A stretch of DNA of 64,000 nt, from positions 138,322,001-138,386,000 of the forward strand of contig OX597815.1 of NCBI GenBank assembly GCA_951406725.2, in the 5' to 3' direction. The notes under the pieces were generated by a model, which was not told where the DNA came from, did not search any database, and saw only the letters and a program-made list of their open reading frames with translations. Below are positions 27,116 to 41,145 of this stretch, in pieces; position 1 is the first letter of the stretch; each line of letters begins with the position of its first letter. Source of the stretch: Octopus vulgaris (taxonomy: Eukaryota). The position numbers and the translations under genes are program-made.

Positions 27116-27284
27116 TTATGTACATAATTCTAACAAAAGTCCTCAGAATTTAGTTGGGTATTTAGTGAAGCGGGGAGGTATCTAATAATGGCTAATTTAA
27201 TGATGCTTATTGAAGAAATGATTGGTGACAGAATTTCGTGGTAACAAGATTTATAAAAAGTGATTTCGATTCATTTATGGTTAA

Positions 27285-27667
27285 CTAGCAGTATCGCCCG
27301 GCGTTGCTCAGGTTTGTAAGGGAAATAACTATAAAGCATTTTTAGAGAGTTATAGCCAAAAAATAGCCAAAAAATGGAAAAAAAATGATGGTAAATTTTT
27401 TTTGAGAGTTAAAAAAGGTGGAGTTGCGTCCCCTAGACGGTCTGTGGTTTGGGTTTCTGATTCTCGACCCCATGTCGAATTTATCGATTTTTTCAGAACT
27501 GGGGGAACTTTTCAAAATTTTCGCTGCGTTAGTTTTGAATTATGACATTGGGCTATGTGTGTGTCAAGTTTCATCAGAATCGGTTGAAAGCCGTGGTCAG
27601 AGTGAGGGTACGAGAAAACAGACACACAGAAAACGCACAGACAAACTGCCGTTTATATATAGAGAGA
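27285..27667 (-). mobile_element. Non-autonomous Helitron (copy 2)
   Basis: Near-identical to 26739-27115 with the same TC/CTAG termini and A|T insertion site. Confidence 0.8.
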
Positions 27668-28398
27668 TGTATTGAGTTCAAGACAAGACTGAGCTCTAAG
27701 TATGTGGTAGAAAGTTTCTGATAGAAACAAACTCAGACAGCTGCATATAATGCATTTCGATTCCCTCCTACTCTCTATCAACGTCTCGCTTTTCCTCCTC
27801 TCCATTCCCCATCATACATTTATAAAAGTCCGACATTTAATTCTCCATTAATATTACGCTGAGATGTAGTTAAGAGCAAAACAAACAGTGCACCTTGTGA
27901 CAGTCAACTTAAAATACACTTATTTGTGTTGCTGTTAAGGCGTTGAATGCTATAAATTTAGCTTGGTGCTGTACTTGTCCTACTGAGGAAACTAATTGCA
28001 TCAAGCGATTTATACTAGGGCTTGTTATAACCAACTTTCTAATAAGGTTTTAACAGCTAATCGACATGTACACTAAAAATATATTTGTAATATCGTAGAA
28101 ACCTTATTTAAAATGTATATTGCAGATTGCCAGCCAATTCATTAATAGACTTATGCAGTGAGCTTCTTTTCGTAATTAATGAGACGAGAAACAAAATTAC
28201 TTATTTAAATATGCATTTTAAACTAGCATAAATAACGCCAGACCCGTTACTTGGAAAGCTTTACGGTGAATTGTTCTCTTTAATCAAAAGCATTACATAA
28301 AGAAAAATGAACTACACTTTCTAGTAATTTTCCCTTGAAAAGTGAAGTTTCCAAAATAAACGAACCCCACTCACACAAAAACACCCAACTTAACATAT

Positions 28399-28565
28399 GC
28401 GTAGGCGTAGGAGTGGCTGTGAGGTAAGTAGCTTGCTTACGAACCACACGGTTCGGGGTTCAGTCCCACTGCGTGGCACATTGGGCAAGTGTCTTCTACT
28501 ATAGCCTCGGGCCGACCAAAGCCTTGTAAGTGGATTTGGTAGACAGAAACTGAAAGAAGCCCGTC

Positions 28566-28642
<77 letters not shown>

Positions 28643-28849
28643 TGTGTCTGTGTTTGTCCCTCCAACATCACTTGACAACCGATGCTGGTGTGTTTACGTC
28701 TCCGTAACTTAACGGTTCGGCAAAAGAGACCGATAGAATAAGTACTGGGTTTACAAAGAATAAGTCCTGGGGTCGATTTGCTCGACTAAAGGCGGTGCTC
28801 CAGCATGGCCACAGTCAAATGACTGAAACAAGTAAAAGAGTAAAAGAGT
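28399..28849 (+). mobile_element. tRNA-derived SINE with internal (TA)n(TG)n and LINE-like 3' tail
   Basis: A/B-box-like head (gtggctgtgaggta..ggttcagtccc) and ttgggcaagtg; tail ggcggtgctccagcatggccacagtcaaatgactgaaac followed by (gtaaaaga)n. Confidence 0.9.
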
Positions 28850-29466
28850 ATATCTTCAATCTGACTAAAAATCCGTATCCAACGGGCAGAGATGTATATC
28901 ACGTATACTCTATTTTCTTTTTATTTTGATTAGAGAAAATTTATCTTCAAAATTTTGTTATAACAAATTAGGGGAATTGGCAATTACAATTCTTGGATCC
29001 ATATTAAAATTTTAAATTTGGTTTATCATCTTGTTAAACATGAAAATGTGCTCTCACCTGAGACTGTTAATGAAGAAGTTGGTTTTTATGCAGTATGCAG
29101 AAGTGTAATCGCAGAAAACCTAAACAGAATTAGTACTCAAAGTCAAAACATTACATCGACTTAGACATACGAATCATATGTTGATATCTAAGTAACTATA
29201 CTTCAGATTTAAGAATTACAAAACGATCTTCGGAAAATGAACCTTCTATTCAATTAATTAATTCGACAAAAACAGAGGTAGGAAACGTAAGTAAAAAATG
29301 CAATCATCGCAAATTTAAAGGCAGTTTCATCATCGTAGTCCATTGGGGTTTATGAAGTTGTTACAGGGTTTAACTCTGTTTCTAACAAAACTGAAAATAA
29401 TCTATTGCTTATTGAACACTAAAGACTGCTCCCTTCAATTACTAAATCATTATTAAGTAGTGCTTT

Positions 29467-29595
29467 TCAGCCAGGGTCGACTTTGCTTTTCATCCTTTCT
29501 GGGTCGATAAATTAAGTACCATTTGCGTACTGGGATCGATGTAATCGACTCACCGCTTCCCTGAAACTTCAGGCCTTGTGCCTATACTAGAAAGG
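29467..29595 (+). mobile_element. 5'-truncated Nin/Deu-type SINE with 18-bp TSD
   Basis: ggtcgactttgcttttcatccttt..gtcgataaattaagtacc; TSD attattaagtagtgcttt at 29449-29466 and 29596-29613. Confidence 0.85.
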
Positions 29596-29749
29596 ATTAT
29601 TAAGTAGTGCTTTAATTTTTGCGAGATCAATTATTAATGTAGTCAATCGTATGCGTAGTTAAGAAACTCGATTTGTAATCAGGTAAGTTCAGGTTCAGTT
29701 CCATTGTACGGCACATTGGGCAAGTGCGTTCATTTCTATGGCTATGTAT

Positions 29750-30430
29750 GACAAAAAGTGATTTAAAACTGGAAATGGAGGTTCTAATTTGTGCTGCCCA
29801 AGAGCAGGAATTGAGAACCAATTACATCAAATACAAAATAGGCACATCAGAAAGTGATAAGTGCAGAATTTGTTGACAAAATGGTGAAATCGTATGGCAT
29901 ATTACCAGTCAATGTACGCTACTAACCCAGAAAGAATATAAGAAACGTCATGACAATATAGCAAGGATTATCCATTGGACACTTTGCAACAAGCATGGAC
30001 TTCACAGAGCAAAAATTGTTACGAAGGCATCATCGAAAATGATAATGCGAAGATCCTATGAAATTTTATGATTCAGTGCGACCATGAGGTAGAGAATAGG
30101 AAACCAGACATAGTGTTAATTGAGAAAGAAAGCAACCGATGCTGGATAATAGATATAGCATGCCCAGCTTGCAACAAGGTATGCGATAAGGAAGAAACAA
30201 AAGCCGATAGATATGACAGGTTAGCTTGGGAGGTTAAGCAGTTGCGGTCGAGGAAAAACGTGGCAGTAGTACCAATAATTGTCGGAGTCCTGGGAACAGT
30301 AAGCAAAAATCTTGAGAAGTACATGAAACAAATAGGGACTGCAATAAGGGTAGAGCAACGGCAGAAAACAGCACTGCTTGGAACCGCTCGAATATTCCGG
30401 ATGGTGCTCGAAAAATAAGGGGTGTTACCT
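29750..30430 (+). mobile_element. R4/Dong-type LINE 3' fragment (CCHC + restriction-like endonuclease)
   Basis: ICAAQEQ, CRIC..HITSQC, RHD, NRKPDIVL..IIDIACP, ALLGTARI. Confidence 0.85.
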
Positions 30431-31263
30431 TATTTCAATGGTAGCGAACAGCTGGCACCGTAGTCAGGTAGGGTTGGGTAAGCCTGTAGTCCCGCCTAAG
30501 GTTGATAAATATCAAATAGGATATTCGGGTTGTGTACAGAGATAACCACCCCCTCTTTCTTTGCACTCATTAATGATAAGTAGTACACTACTATTACTAC
30601 CAGGCATTTCATTTCCAGACACACATATCCGCATGTTACAAGTGGTCTCCACTGTCCTATATAATATATTGGTACTCATAGTAACCTCCTACATCGTTCT
30701 CCTTTACCAGAGAAATCAATCGCGCAAAACGCTACAGTTCCACAACAGTTAGAACTTGTCATTTGATTTCCTTCCCACTCTACTGTAACTTTCAAACTAT
30801 ATTCACAGAATTTCCCTAAATTCTATGGTAACTCTGCCCTCCTCCCTTTGTTCTTTAGCCTTAACTAGCGAAACCTAAATCCCGACCCTATACCTAATTG
30901 TCTTTATTTATACACTTATATATTTTTTCACTTTTTACTTTTCTTTATTTTTTCTCCTTACATTATCTTTAGTCCTCCCCCAACTACTCACTTTTCTAAG
31001 CCTGATATTATAAAATATTACCTACACTTCATCTCTAGTCTCTTAAAGAAGAAATCTATCTGGTTCCTATTTCAACCAGGTCACTGATCTTAAACATCAT
31101 ATTACACCCTTTCATAAACTATTTTCTTAACCTAATCCCAACCCTTAATGCCGACAGCGGCCAATTTTCTTGGTCATTCTCCCATTTCATAGTAAGCCTC
31201 GAAAGACTACAGCCACGTCCCTGCCGTATTCTTGGGATATTATTTTGTTTTTGGAATTAAGTT

Positions 31264-31327
31264 TCATCTGATGAAGTAATAATCTCATTCTTCTATTAAA
31301 AAAGTGCGTAAGAAACAGTTGTAATGA
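31264..31327 (+). ncRNA. Minimal hammerhead ribozyme motif (Penelope type)
   Basis: tcat-CTGATGA...GAAAC-agtt-GTA-atga; stem I tcat/atga, short stem III; stem II is decayed. Confidence 0.55.
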
Positions 31328-31429
31328 GCTGACAATTATCCATCGTCTGTTATGTATATATATATATGTAATATAAATATGTACACACACACACACATAT
31401 ATATACGTATAAATGCGCGCATACACACA

Positions 31430-31692
31430 CACACATGATGGACTTTCCCCTCGCAGACGACGTATGAGCGTTCAATTTTGCTGAACTACCTGCAGAAATG
31501 ATTTGTTTAGAGTGATCAAATGTTTGTGAGCACATTAGCTCGCTCTCGCCATCAAATCAACGTTGTCTGAACAGGTGTGGTGTGTACCACGAGTCAGATG
31601 AAGTGTCTCGCTCAAGAACACAATTCCTGGTCTAGGAATTGAAATCATGATCGCTTGACCGCATGTACAACATCTTAACCTTTAAGCCATGT
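31430..31692 (-). mobile_element. tRNA-derived SINE, degraded
   Basis: Minus-strand head atggcttaaaggttaagatgttg..ttcaattcctag..gtgttcttgagcgagacactt. Confidence 0.6.
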
Positions 31693-32020
31693 TCCTCCCT
31701 CCTCTCTCTCCCTCACACACAGACATACACACACACACACACACATATATGTATGATGTACACATATACATGCACTCACACATATATACATCTACACCTT
31801 AAGCTGTTTAAAAGGATCATAAAATTTTGTGTGTTAGAGAGAAACACAAGGAGTGTGTTGTTTGTGTGAAATCATTGTCACATCATCAACACGATATATA
31901 AAGAGATATACATTGTAGCATATAAGAGAAGAAAAACACAACTGTCGCAATAGCGTAAAATCTGTTAAAATATGCTTGTGTTTTATTTGATTAGCCATAT
32001 ATATATAGATATAATTGTCG

Positions 32021-32377
32021 TTCAGCGCCGACAATTCAGCGCTAGATAATTCAGCGCAGGGCATCATATTGCACTTAGGTGAAGATTACTTTTGGGATGA
32101 CAAAAAAACAGAAGGAAAATTTCAATTATTTATTTAAAAACATGTAAAGATGAGAAATACAAAAAAAAAAAAAAATTAAAATGCTAAATTATATTCTTTG
32201 AACCAATAATTAGCTAATTATATTTTCACAGGATATTCAAAAGGTGTAGTTATCATTTAGCATGGGCGTGCGTATATAGATTTATATTTATTTGCTGGTG
32301 TTTGTTTCATGTATATGTATACTATTTGTTTATGTATAGTTAATCTATACTACGACTGCTGCGTTTGTAGGTTGCAT

Positions 32378-32413
<36 letters not shown>

Positions 32414-32814
32414 TTACGACGATGAGGATCCCAGCTGATACGATGAACGGAACAGCTTGCTCGTGAAATTAATGAGCAAATGGCTGAGCATTCCACAGAT
32501 ACGTGTACCCTTAATGTAGGTCTTAGGGAGATTCAGCGTGACACAGAGTGTGACAAAGCTGGCCCTTTGAAATACAGGTACTACTCATTTTTGCCAGCTG
32601 AGTGGACTAGAGCAACGCGTCGCCGGGAATTGAACTCACAATCTTATGATCGTGAGCCAAATGCCCTAACCACTAAGCCACGCGCCTTCATAGGTTGCCT
32701 GTGCATGTTTTAGATATATAATGTAATAATAATACCAACACCAATACAATGTAATAATAAGTTATATATACTACATGCGCTTAATTGTCTATGCGCTGAA
32801 TTGTCGGCGCTGAA
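32021..32814. mobile_element. MITE-like element with repeated subterminal motifs and a nested SINE
   Basis: Perfect 22-bp inverted repeat ttcagcgccgacaattcagcgc (32021-32042) / gcgctgaattgtcggcgctgaa (32793-32814). Confidence 0.6.
32420..32690 (-). mobile_element. tRNA-derived SINE
   Basis: Minus-strand head aggcgcgtggcttagtggttagggcatt..gagttcaattcccgg; ends at (TAC)n. Confidence 0.8.
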
Positions 32815-33538
32815 TGTCGGTACGCCATATCCTTTACCTTTTCTCTTCTACTTGTTTCAGTTATCAGACTGTGGCCATGCTGGGCACAGCCATGATGAAT
32901 TTTCAGTTGAATGAATGGACTCCAGTAATTATTATTTTTTTATAACTGATACTCACTCTATGTAAACATAGGCGCGAACATGTACATACACACAAACGCA
33001 CACAAACGCATACACTCGCACACGCGTATATACACGCATCACCCTTCCCACACACACATGTATACACATATTTACATATATATATGCGTATATACATACA
33101 CTCACACACACACACGCACATACACACAAACACAGACACGTACGCAATAATACGATGATATAAATACGTTGTATATAATGAAGGTCACAAATATATTTTT
33201 ATGGTGTTGCTTCTATATAAAGTCACAAATGCAAAAATGCATTAAATTTTTTTTTGGATCACGTAAATAAGTAGAAAAATGTGCAAAATATATAAATTCA
33301 ACCACACACACTCACACACAAACTTACACAATTATGTACGCTCACGCATATCTTTATTTTACAGGAACAGAGAACGTTTGAAGCAGAGTACAGAGCTACA
33401 ATATCAATGTAATTGAATATACATTTAAGTATATACACGAAAACTGCATGTGATAATATAATAACAACAACAACAACAACAACAAGAACAACAACAACAA
33501 CAATAATAATGATAATAATAATAATAATAATAATAATA

Positions 33539-34057
33539 AATGCCACGATGCAGTACCAGGCAGTGATTCTCGTTGCTTCTGATCTTAACCGATTGGAATT
33601 GTTATCATTTACATTGTTTTGTCTTGGTATAAAAGATGGGCTACAGCAAATATTCAGCTCAATACCAAACATATGCTTGTCATTTTTTTGACCTTAACAA
33701 AATGAGAATGTCCCTTAGTGGCTGACGATATGTGCATCTCTGATCACGAGCAGAAGTAGTGGGGGAACATCATAGCCATGTGTTGAAAGGAATTCTTCGA
33801 GGTTTGGATAAGTCACCTTTGGAAACATGGGACCTTTTGAGCGGGATGGTCTACCCGACTAGAAAAAAATCCTAACTGGGCCCCACCAGCAAGGTCATGT
33901 GCTGTTTATCTTGATATGAGATCACCATGTCGCGCACATATGGTTGTGATGCATGTGCCTGGTGTACCCTTATCAGACGGGTAGTCATAATGGTTATACT
34001 GGGCTTCGTATATTTTACCCATGTGTCACTTTGATGGCATGCACTGCTCTCTCACTC
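33539..34057 (+). mobile_element. Non-coding element bounded by (TAA)n (copy 1)
   Basis: Highly similar to 36212-36768 with the same ends; lacks a ~35-bp internal segment. Confidence 0.8.
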
Positions 34058-34109
<52 letters not shown>

Positions 34110-34111
<2 letters not shown>

Positions 34112-36070
34112 TCTGAACAGTGACAGTGAATCCCTAAATGCTGGTGATGTAAAAATTTCGTGTGGCATTTTCCAGGGTGACTCACTGTCACCACTCCTCT
34201 TTTGTTTATCCTTAATACCTCTCTCAAAGCTGCTCAATGACGCGCAGTACGGGTATAAAATGTTTGATAAAAATATAAATCATCTCGTTTACATGGATGA
34301 TTTAAAGCTTTTTGCAAAAAATGATCAACAACTCAAGGGCTTACTAGCGATAGTCAAACAATTCAGTGACGACATCAGAATGCAATTCGGCCTCGATAAA
34401 TGTGCAAAGGCTACCTTTATCAAAGGAAAAATGACAGAAACATCTAACGTTAACCTTGACCAACAGAATGTCATAAAAGAACTAGACCCAGCGGAGAGCT
34501 ACAAGTACCTAGGGATAATTGAAGGGAACGGAATAAGGCATTCAGAGATGAAGGAAAGGATCAGGAGAGAATGCTATCGAAGAGTGAGAGCAATACTCAA
34601 GACAGAGCTGAATGCAAGAAACAGGATCGAAGCAATCAATGCATTAGCTATACCAGTCGTGACTTACAGTTTCAATATTGTTAACTGGTCAATTACTGAA
34701 ATATGTCAGCTCGACAGAAAAATAAGGAAACTGTTGACAATGCATAGAATGCACCACCTAAGGCAGATACAGAACGACTATATCTGCCAAGAAAAGAGGG
34801 AGGCCGTGGTCTTTTGCAACTGGCAATAACAATGAAGATTGCTACAATTGGCCTAGACACCTACCTGAAAAACTCTGAGGACTGGATGCTAAAACTTGTC
34901 TCAAAACATGAAAACAAGAAAGCATCATACTCAGTCACAAAACAGGCAAAGGAATATCTAAGTGAACTCCGAATACAACCAATTTCGGAATTAGAGATAG
35001 ATATACAAGAAACAAGCACAGAAAAAGCTAGGCGCATGAAAACCCGTGCCAAAACTGCGGCCTTAGATATTCTGAATAATAAATGGCAAGAAAAACCTCT
35101 CTATGGCAAATACCCAAAGAGAGCGAATAATGCAGATATCGACAAAGCCCTGACCCATCAATGGCTAATGGCCTCTGGCTTAAAATCTGAAACAGAGGGG
35201 TTTATCATAGCAGCTCAAGATCAATGCCTACCAACAAGAAACTACCAGGCCAACATATTAAAGATCAGAAGCAGTCCAACGTGTCGTGTATGCAAGCAAC
35301 AAAATGAAACCATTGACCATGTGGTCTCCAAGTGCAGTCTTCTAGCGCCTACAGAGTATCTCAACAGGCACGATAGAGCTGCACAATATATTCACTGGGT
35401 AATCTGTAAAAACCTGGATTTGCCCCATGAAAAAAACTGGTGGGAACACAAACCACCCCCAGTGCTTGAAAATGACCACATCTCACTCCTCTGGAACTTC
35501 ACCATTCAAACTGACAGGAAGATAGATGCAAATAGGCCAGACATCATATTGAAAAACTTCAAACAAAGAACATGCCTCCTCATTGATATGACTGTCCCAA
35601 TCGATATAAACGTATCTGTCAAGACCTACCAAAAACTGAGCAAATATAAAGATCTTGAAATAGAAATCAGCAAAATGTGGAAGCTGAAGACTAAAACAAT
35701 ACCTGTTGTCATAGGTGCCCTGGGAATGATAGCAAAAGGGGCTGATAGCTACCTAACTCAGATACCAGGAAACCCAAAAATGGCAGAAGTTCAAAAGATA
35801 GTGCTCATGGGAACTGCTCATATCCTACGCAAAATACTCTCTATGTAATCTCAAGGTTTAAAACAAACATAATTTTCGGTTTAAAAAAAAAAAAAAAAAA
35901 AAAAAAAATTTTTTTTTTTAGACATTCATTAGTACAACATCCCCACCCCCCAAATATATGGCACACTAGGCATAACAACAACATGAACTTCCAACCCTGT
36001 TGTCTCTTGAGGTCTCTGGGTGAGACTTGGAGCCAACTTGTACAAATATAAAGCAAAAGTCAAACATAGA
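34110..36070 (+). mobile_element. Dong/R4-clade LINE, 5'-truncated, near-intact, inserted in (TAA)n
   Basis: GIFQGDSLSPLLF, HLVYMDDLKLF, YKYLG, (frameshift ~34758) RKEGGRGL, IAAQDQ, CRVC..HVVSKC, RHD, NRPDII..LIDMTVP, KLSKYKDL; stop at 35848; (TAA)n on both sides. Confidence 0.95.
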
Positions 36071-36111
36071 ATAATAATAATAATAATAATAGTAGTAGTA
36101 GTAGTAGTAGT

Positions 36112-36768
<657 letters not shown>

Positions 36769-36783
36769 AATAATAATAATAAT

Positions 36784-36827
<44 letters not shown>

Positions 36828-36836
36828 TGATGATGC

Positions 36837-36909
<73 letters not shown>

Positions 36910-36930
36910 AATAATAATAATAATAATAAT
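36769..36930. repeat. (TAA)n-(TGA)n-(TAA)n compound microsatellite
   Basis: Directly visible. Confidence 0.95.
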
Positions 36931-37199
36931 TTTTGGGAAGATTTTTTTTTATTGCAAATATATGGCTGCACAACGAACCTACTGTTTTCGTCCATTCCTC
37001 TACATCTTAAATAAGGGTAGAAAGGCCAGGAGTAGGTCCCTGTCTGTTCGTGTCTACATAGTCACAGAGAACAATTTAGGGAAAAGCTGATACAACATGT
37101 CGGAATCTTGCGAGTGATAGCGAACACATGCATATTTACTTTGCTATTTCAATGTTGAGTTCTTTAAATCTGATTGCAGTAATACTGAACCAGCTTATA

Positions 37200-37200
37200 A

Positions 37201-37265
<65 letters not shown>

Positions 37266-37304
37266 GTCTGTCTGTCTTTCTATCTAGCTATCTATCTATC
37301 TCTT

Positions 37305-37365
<61 letters not shown>
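37200..37365. repeat. (TATC)n-(TC)n-(TA)n compound microsatellite
   Basis: Directly visible. Confidence 0.95.
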
Positions 37366-37366
<1 letters not shown>

Positions 37367-37433
37367 GATAAAACGGTAAGATAACAAAAGAAAGAAAGAG
37401 ACCTCAATACTATGTAAATAGAGGAAATTTATC

Positions 37434-38042
37434 TATACAATATGTTACATTACTCGGTAGTCAAGATAAAACTCTGAGTTTCAGATGCCGAAGTGGAAAT
37501 CCACAACACCATCTCTTCGGTTATCTGGCTATTTGAAAACGTTATGAAAAAATACCGTTAAAAATGAAGGGAAATTACTCTGTTATAACTCTGCTTTGCC
37601 TGCGTACTTATACATCGCTCGCATTTTTCGTCATAAAAATTATATAAAAATACATAAAAATATATAAAAATATATAAAAATATATAAAATCTTCTTGGGA
37701 CATAACACAGAAAGCATGTTCTATCCGTTTTCTTTAGGGGACCAAAAACGTGACTAAATTTCTGTTACGTTTTTGGTCCCCTAAAGAAAACGGATAGAAC
37801 ATGCTTTCTGTGTTATGTCCCAAGAAGATTTTATATATTTTTATATAATTTTTATGACGAAAAATGCGAGCGATGTATAAGTACGCAGGCAAAGCAGAGT
37901 TATAACAGAGTAATTTCCCTTCATTTTTAACGGTATTTTTCATAACGTTTTCAAATGAGATAACCGAAGAGATGGTGTTGTGGATTTCCACTTCGGCATC
38001 TGAAACTCAGAGTTTTATCTTGACTACCGAGTAATGTAACAT

Positions 38043-38050
<8 letters not shown>
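37434..38050. repeat. Long near-perfect palindrome (~300-bp arms, ~9-nt spacer)
   Basis: 37434-37754 is the reverse complement of 37764-38050 apart from a few indels. Confidence 0.95.
37958..38020 (+). ncRNA. Hammerhead-like motif (variant core), mirrored at 37464-37526 on the minus strand
   Basis: agataa-CCGAAGA-gatg...catct-GAAAC-tcaga-GTT-ttatct; stem I is 6 bp; core U4 is replaced by C. Confidence 0.55.
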
Positions 38051-38077
<27 letters not shown>

Positions 38078-38104
38078 GCACCCATACACATATATATACA
38101 TACA

Positions 38105-38222
38105 CAAACTCGAAGAAGGCAAAGTCAACCCCAGCGGAATTTGAACTCCGAACCTGAAGATGAATGTAATGCCGATAAGCAGTTGCCCAGGCATGCTCAC
38201 GATTGTGCTAGTTCGCCGCTTT
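38105..38222 (-). mobile_element. SINE head fragment
   Basis: Minus strand gcggcgaactagcacaatcgtgagcatgcc..ggagttcaaattccgctggggttgactttgcc. Confidence 0.65.
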
Positions 38223-39167
38223 GAGGTGATGTGTAATAATGCTAACTGTACTGTATACATGCTTGATACTGAAATAAGATTTCTACGATGCATTACTTAT
38301 ACTCACAAATGACATTCGAATCACAAAAATTATAAAGCTCAAAAACAAAGGCGCTTGTCTAAGACAAGCAAAGCTCGAAGAACGCCTGACTGATCCATGT
38401 TTTTATTTAAGGATATCGAGGAGAACAATTATTCATTGCGTAAGTATAGCTACAGTGAATTCAATTTCCTGTAAAGGCTTTAACAAATCTCAGACTGAGC
38501 TTTGTAGAATTACCATTTAGAAAATAAGCTTTAGCTCAGTGGTAGAAATAATATAACAAACAATACCAATGTCTCCCTTATGTGTCTCTATAGCTAGGCG
38601 GAATATGTAGTTTTTAAAAACCACCAATAGAAAGTTTCCAGCTCCCAATAAAACTATTACATACAGACCTGATTTAAATTACCTCAGATTTGGTGCTAAA
38701 ATGTTAATTACTTTCTTCCAGGTTTTCAAATAACTTACGGAATTTTAATGCTATTGATATTTCCAGTGAACATTGCTTATTTAATAAAACGAACAGTACT
38801 TTCTCTGTCGATGACCATACTAATAATGTAATAACATGTCACTGATAAGGAAAGTTTGACGTTTACTTAAGGAGATATCAATTCATTTCGTATGTTTATA
38901 ATTACATCGACGAGAAGATTGATAAATATTTCGGCAATGTGTATTTCTAACCAAGAATACGAAAGCTATGCAGTAACTAAGCTAAAGGAAGATAAAATCT
39001 GGTGAAGTGATGTTAGATATAATACTGCAAACAGCACATCTACAAATGGACACATTCATACCGGCAGTAACTAAAACATTATATCTCCCTAGGCACACAT
39101 TACTAAACCCAGACTTTTAAACAAATCTATAATCACTCATGACTATATTCCGTTTCCCAATCTCACT

Positions 39168-39640
<473 letters not shown>

Positions 39641-40697
39641 ACAGGAAATGTGAGATTGATAAAGGAAATAAAGAAGACAGAGTGGAAAATGTCGACATAC
39701 CAACTGTCATCTGATATCTGACTACTCATTATCTGACTACTCATTCATTAAAGTTTGAGTTTGAAACTGTTCAACAAAACAAGCCTATTGATAAACTCAA
39801 CATATCGAATACGCTTTCTATTTATACGTATCTACTTATCTTCGCAGAAGAATATGTTTCTGTCACGTTGAATTGATCATCTTTATATGTGATAAGGAAA
39901 ATTTACATCATTGCAATTGATTTCCTTTTAGGCATTAGTCAAATATTTACGGCTTCTCTTATCTTTCTTATTAAGATGTAGTATTGGACTAACCAGAATT
40001 CTACGACTTATCGTGGAAGAAAATGTACAAAGCAGCCAAATATATCGAAAGAAATGGTTTAAGTATTTAGTGTTATAAAGTTTCGGAAAGAAGAGTGTTG
40101 ATGAAATTCAAAAATATAGGATTTAGAAGAGAGAAAGCAAAAAAAGAAAACTAAAATATCAAGTATTCAGTCAACGTTAATGCTATTGAATTTATTTTTT
40201 TTTCTAAAAAATATATCATTAACCACTTTTGGAAAGTTGATACTTAATGCCCATCAGTATATTAAACTACAAATTATCCACCAGAAATGTACTAAGTTGT
40301 AGATTTCATTCATGAACATAGTGTTAAAATATTCTGGAAACTAGAATCATAGTTATAGATTTTTTTCTCTCGAAGTTGATAGATTATTTATATACTTTCA
40401 GGCTTCTATTGCTAAATGATCAAAGTTATAAAATAAATTAACAATAACATCGAGGTTGAGCCATTTTTGCAATTAATAATACATATACATTCACTGTTAT
40501 ATCCGTTTTCGCCAGTGACTATAACGGTTATGTGTGTAGTTTATTGCCTCTAGTTATTCGTGAGTTAATTTGTTTAATCAACCCAAAACTAAGCTCTCTG
40601 ATCAAATTCGTTGCCAAAGCGACATATAACCCTTGCACAACTGAAAGCGTAGCTGCTAAATAACTTTGCTGTATAACTTGAAAATATTATACGAGAG

Positions 40698-40897
40698 ATG
40701 TATGTATGTATGTATGTATGTATGTATGTATGTATGTATGTATGTATGTATGTATGTATGTATGTATGTATGTATGTATGTATGTACTATATATATATAT
40801 ACATGTATACATAAATCTATATATATGTATATATATATATATAGATAAATAGGTATATGTATGTATATATTTATATCCGTGTATACATATATGTATA

Positions 40898-40966
<69 letters not shown>

Positions 40967-41072
40967 GTGTATACATATATGTATATATATGTATATATAT
41001 ATATATATGAATATATAAATATGTATATATGTGTATATGTTTATGTATAAGCCTGAAACATATATATGTATA

Positions 41073-41145
<73 letters not shown>

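Noticed and set aside
26697-27675. Duplicated ORFs (..SELGELFKIFAALVLNYDIG..) as a gene pair
   Set aside because: They lie wholly inside two non-autonomous Helitron copies and have no known domain.
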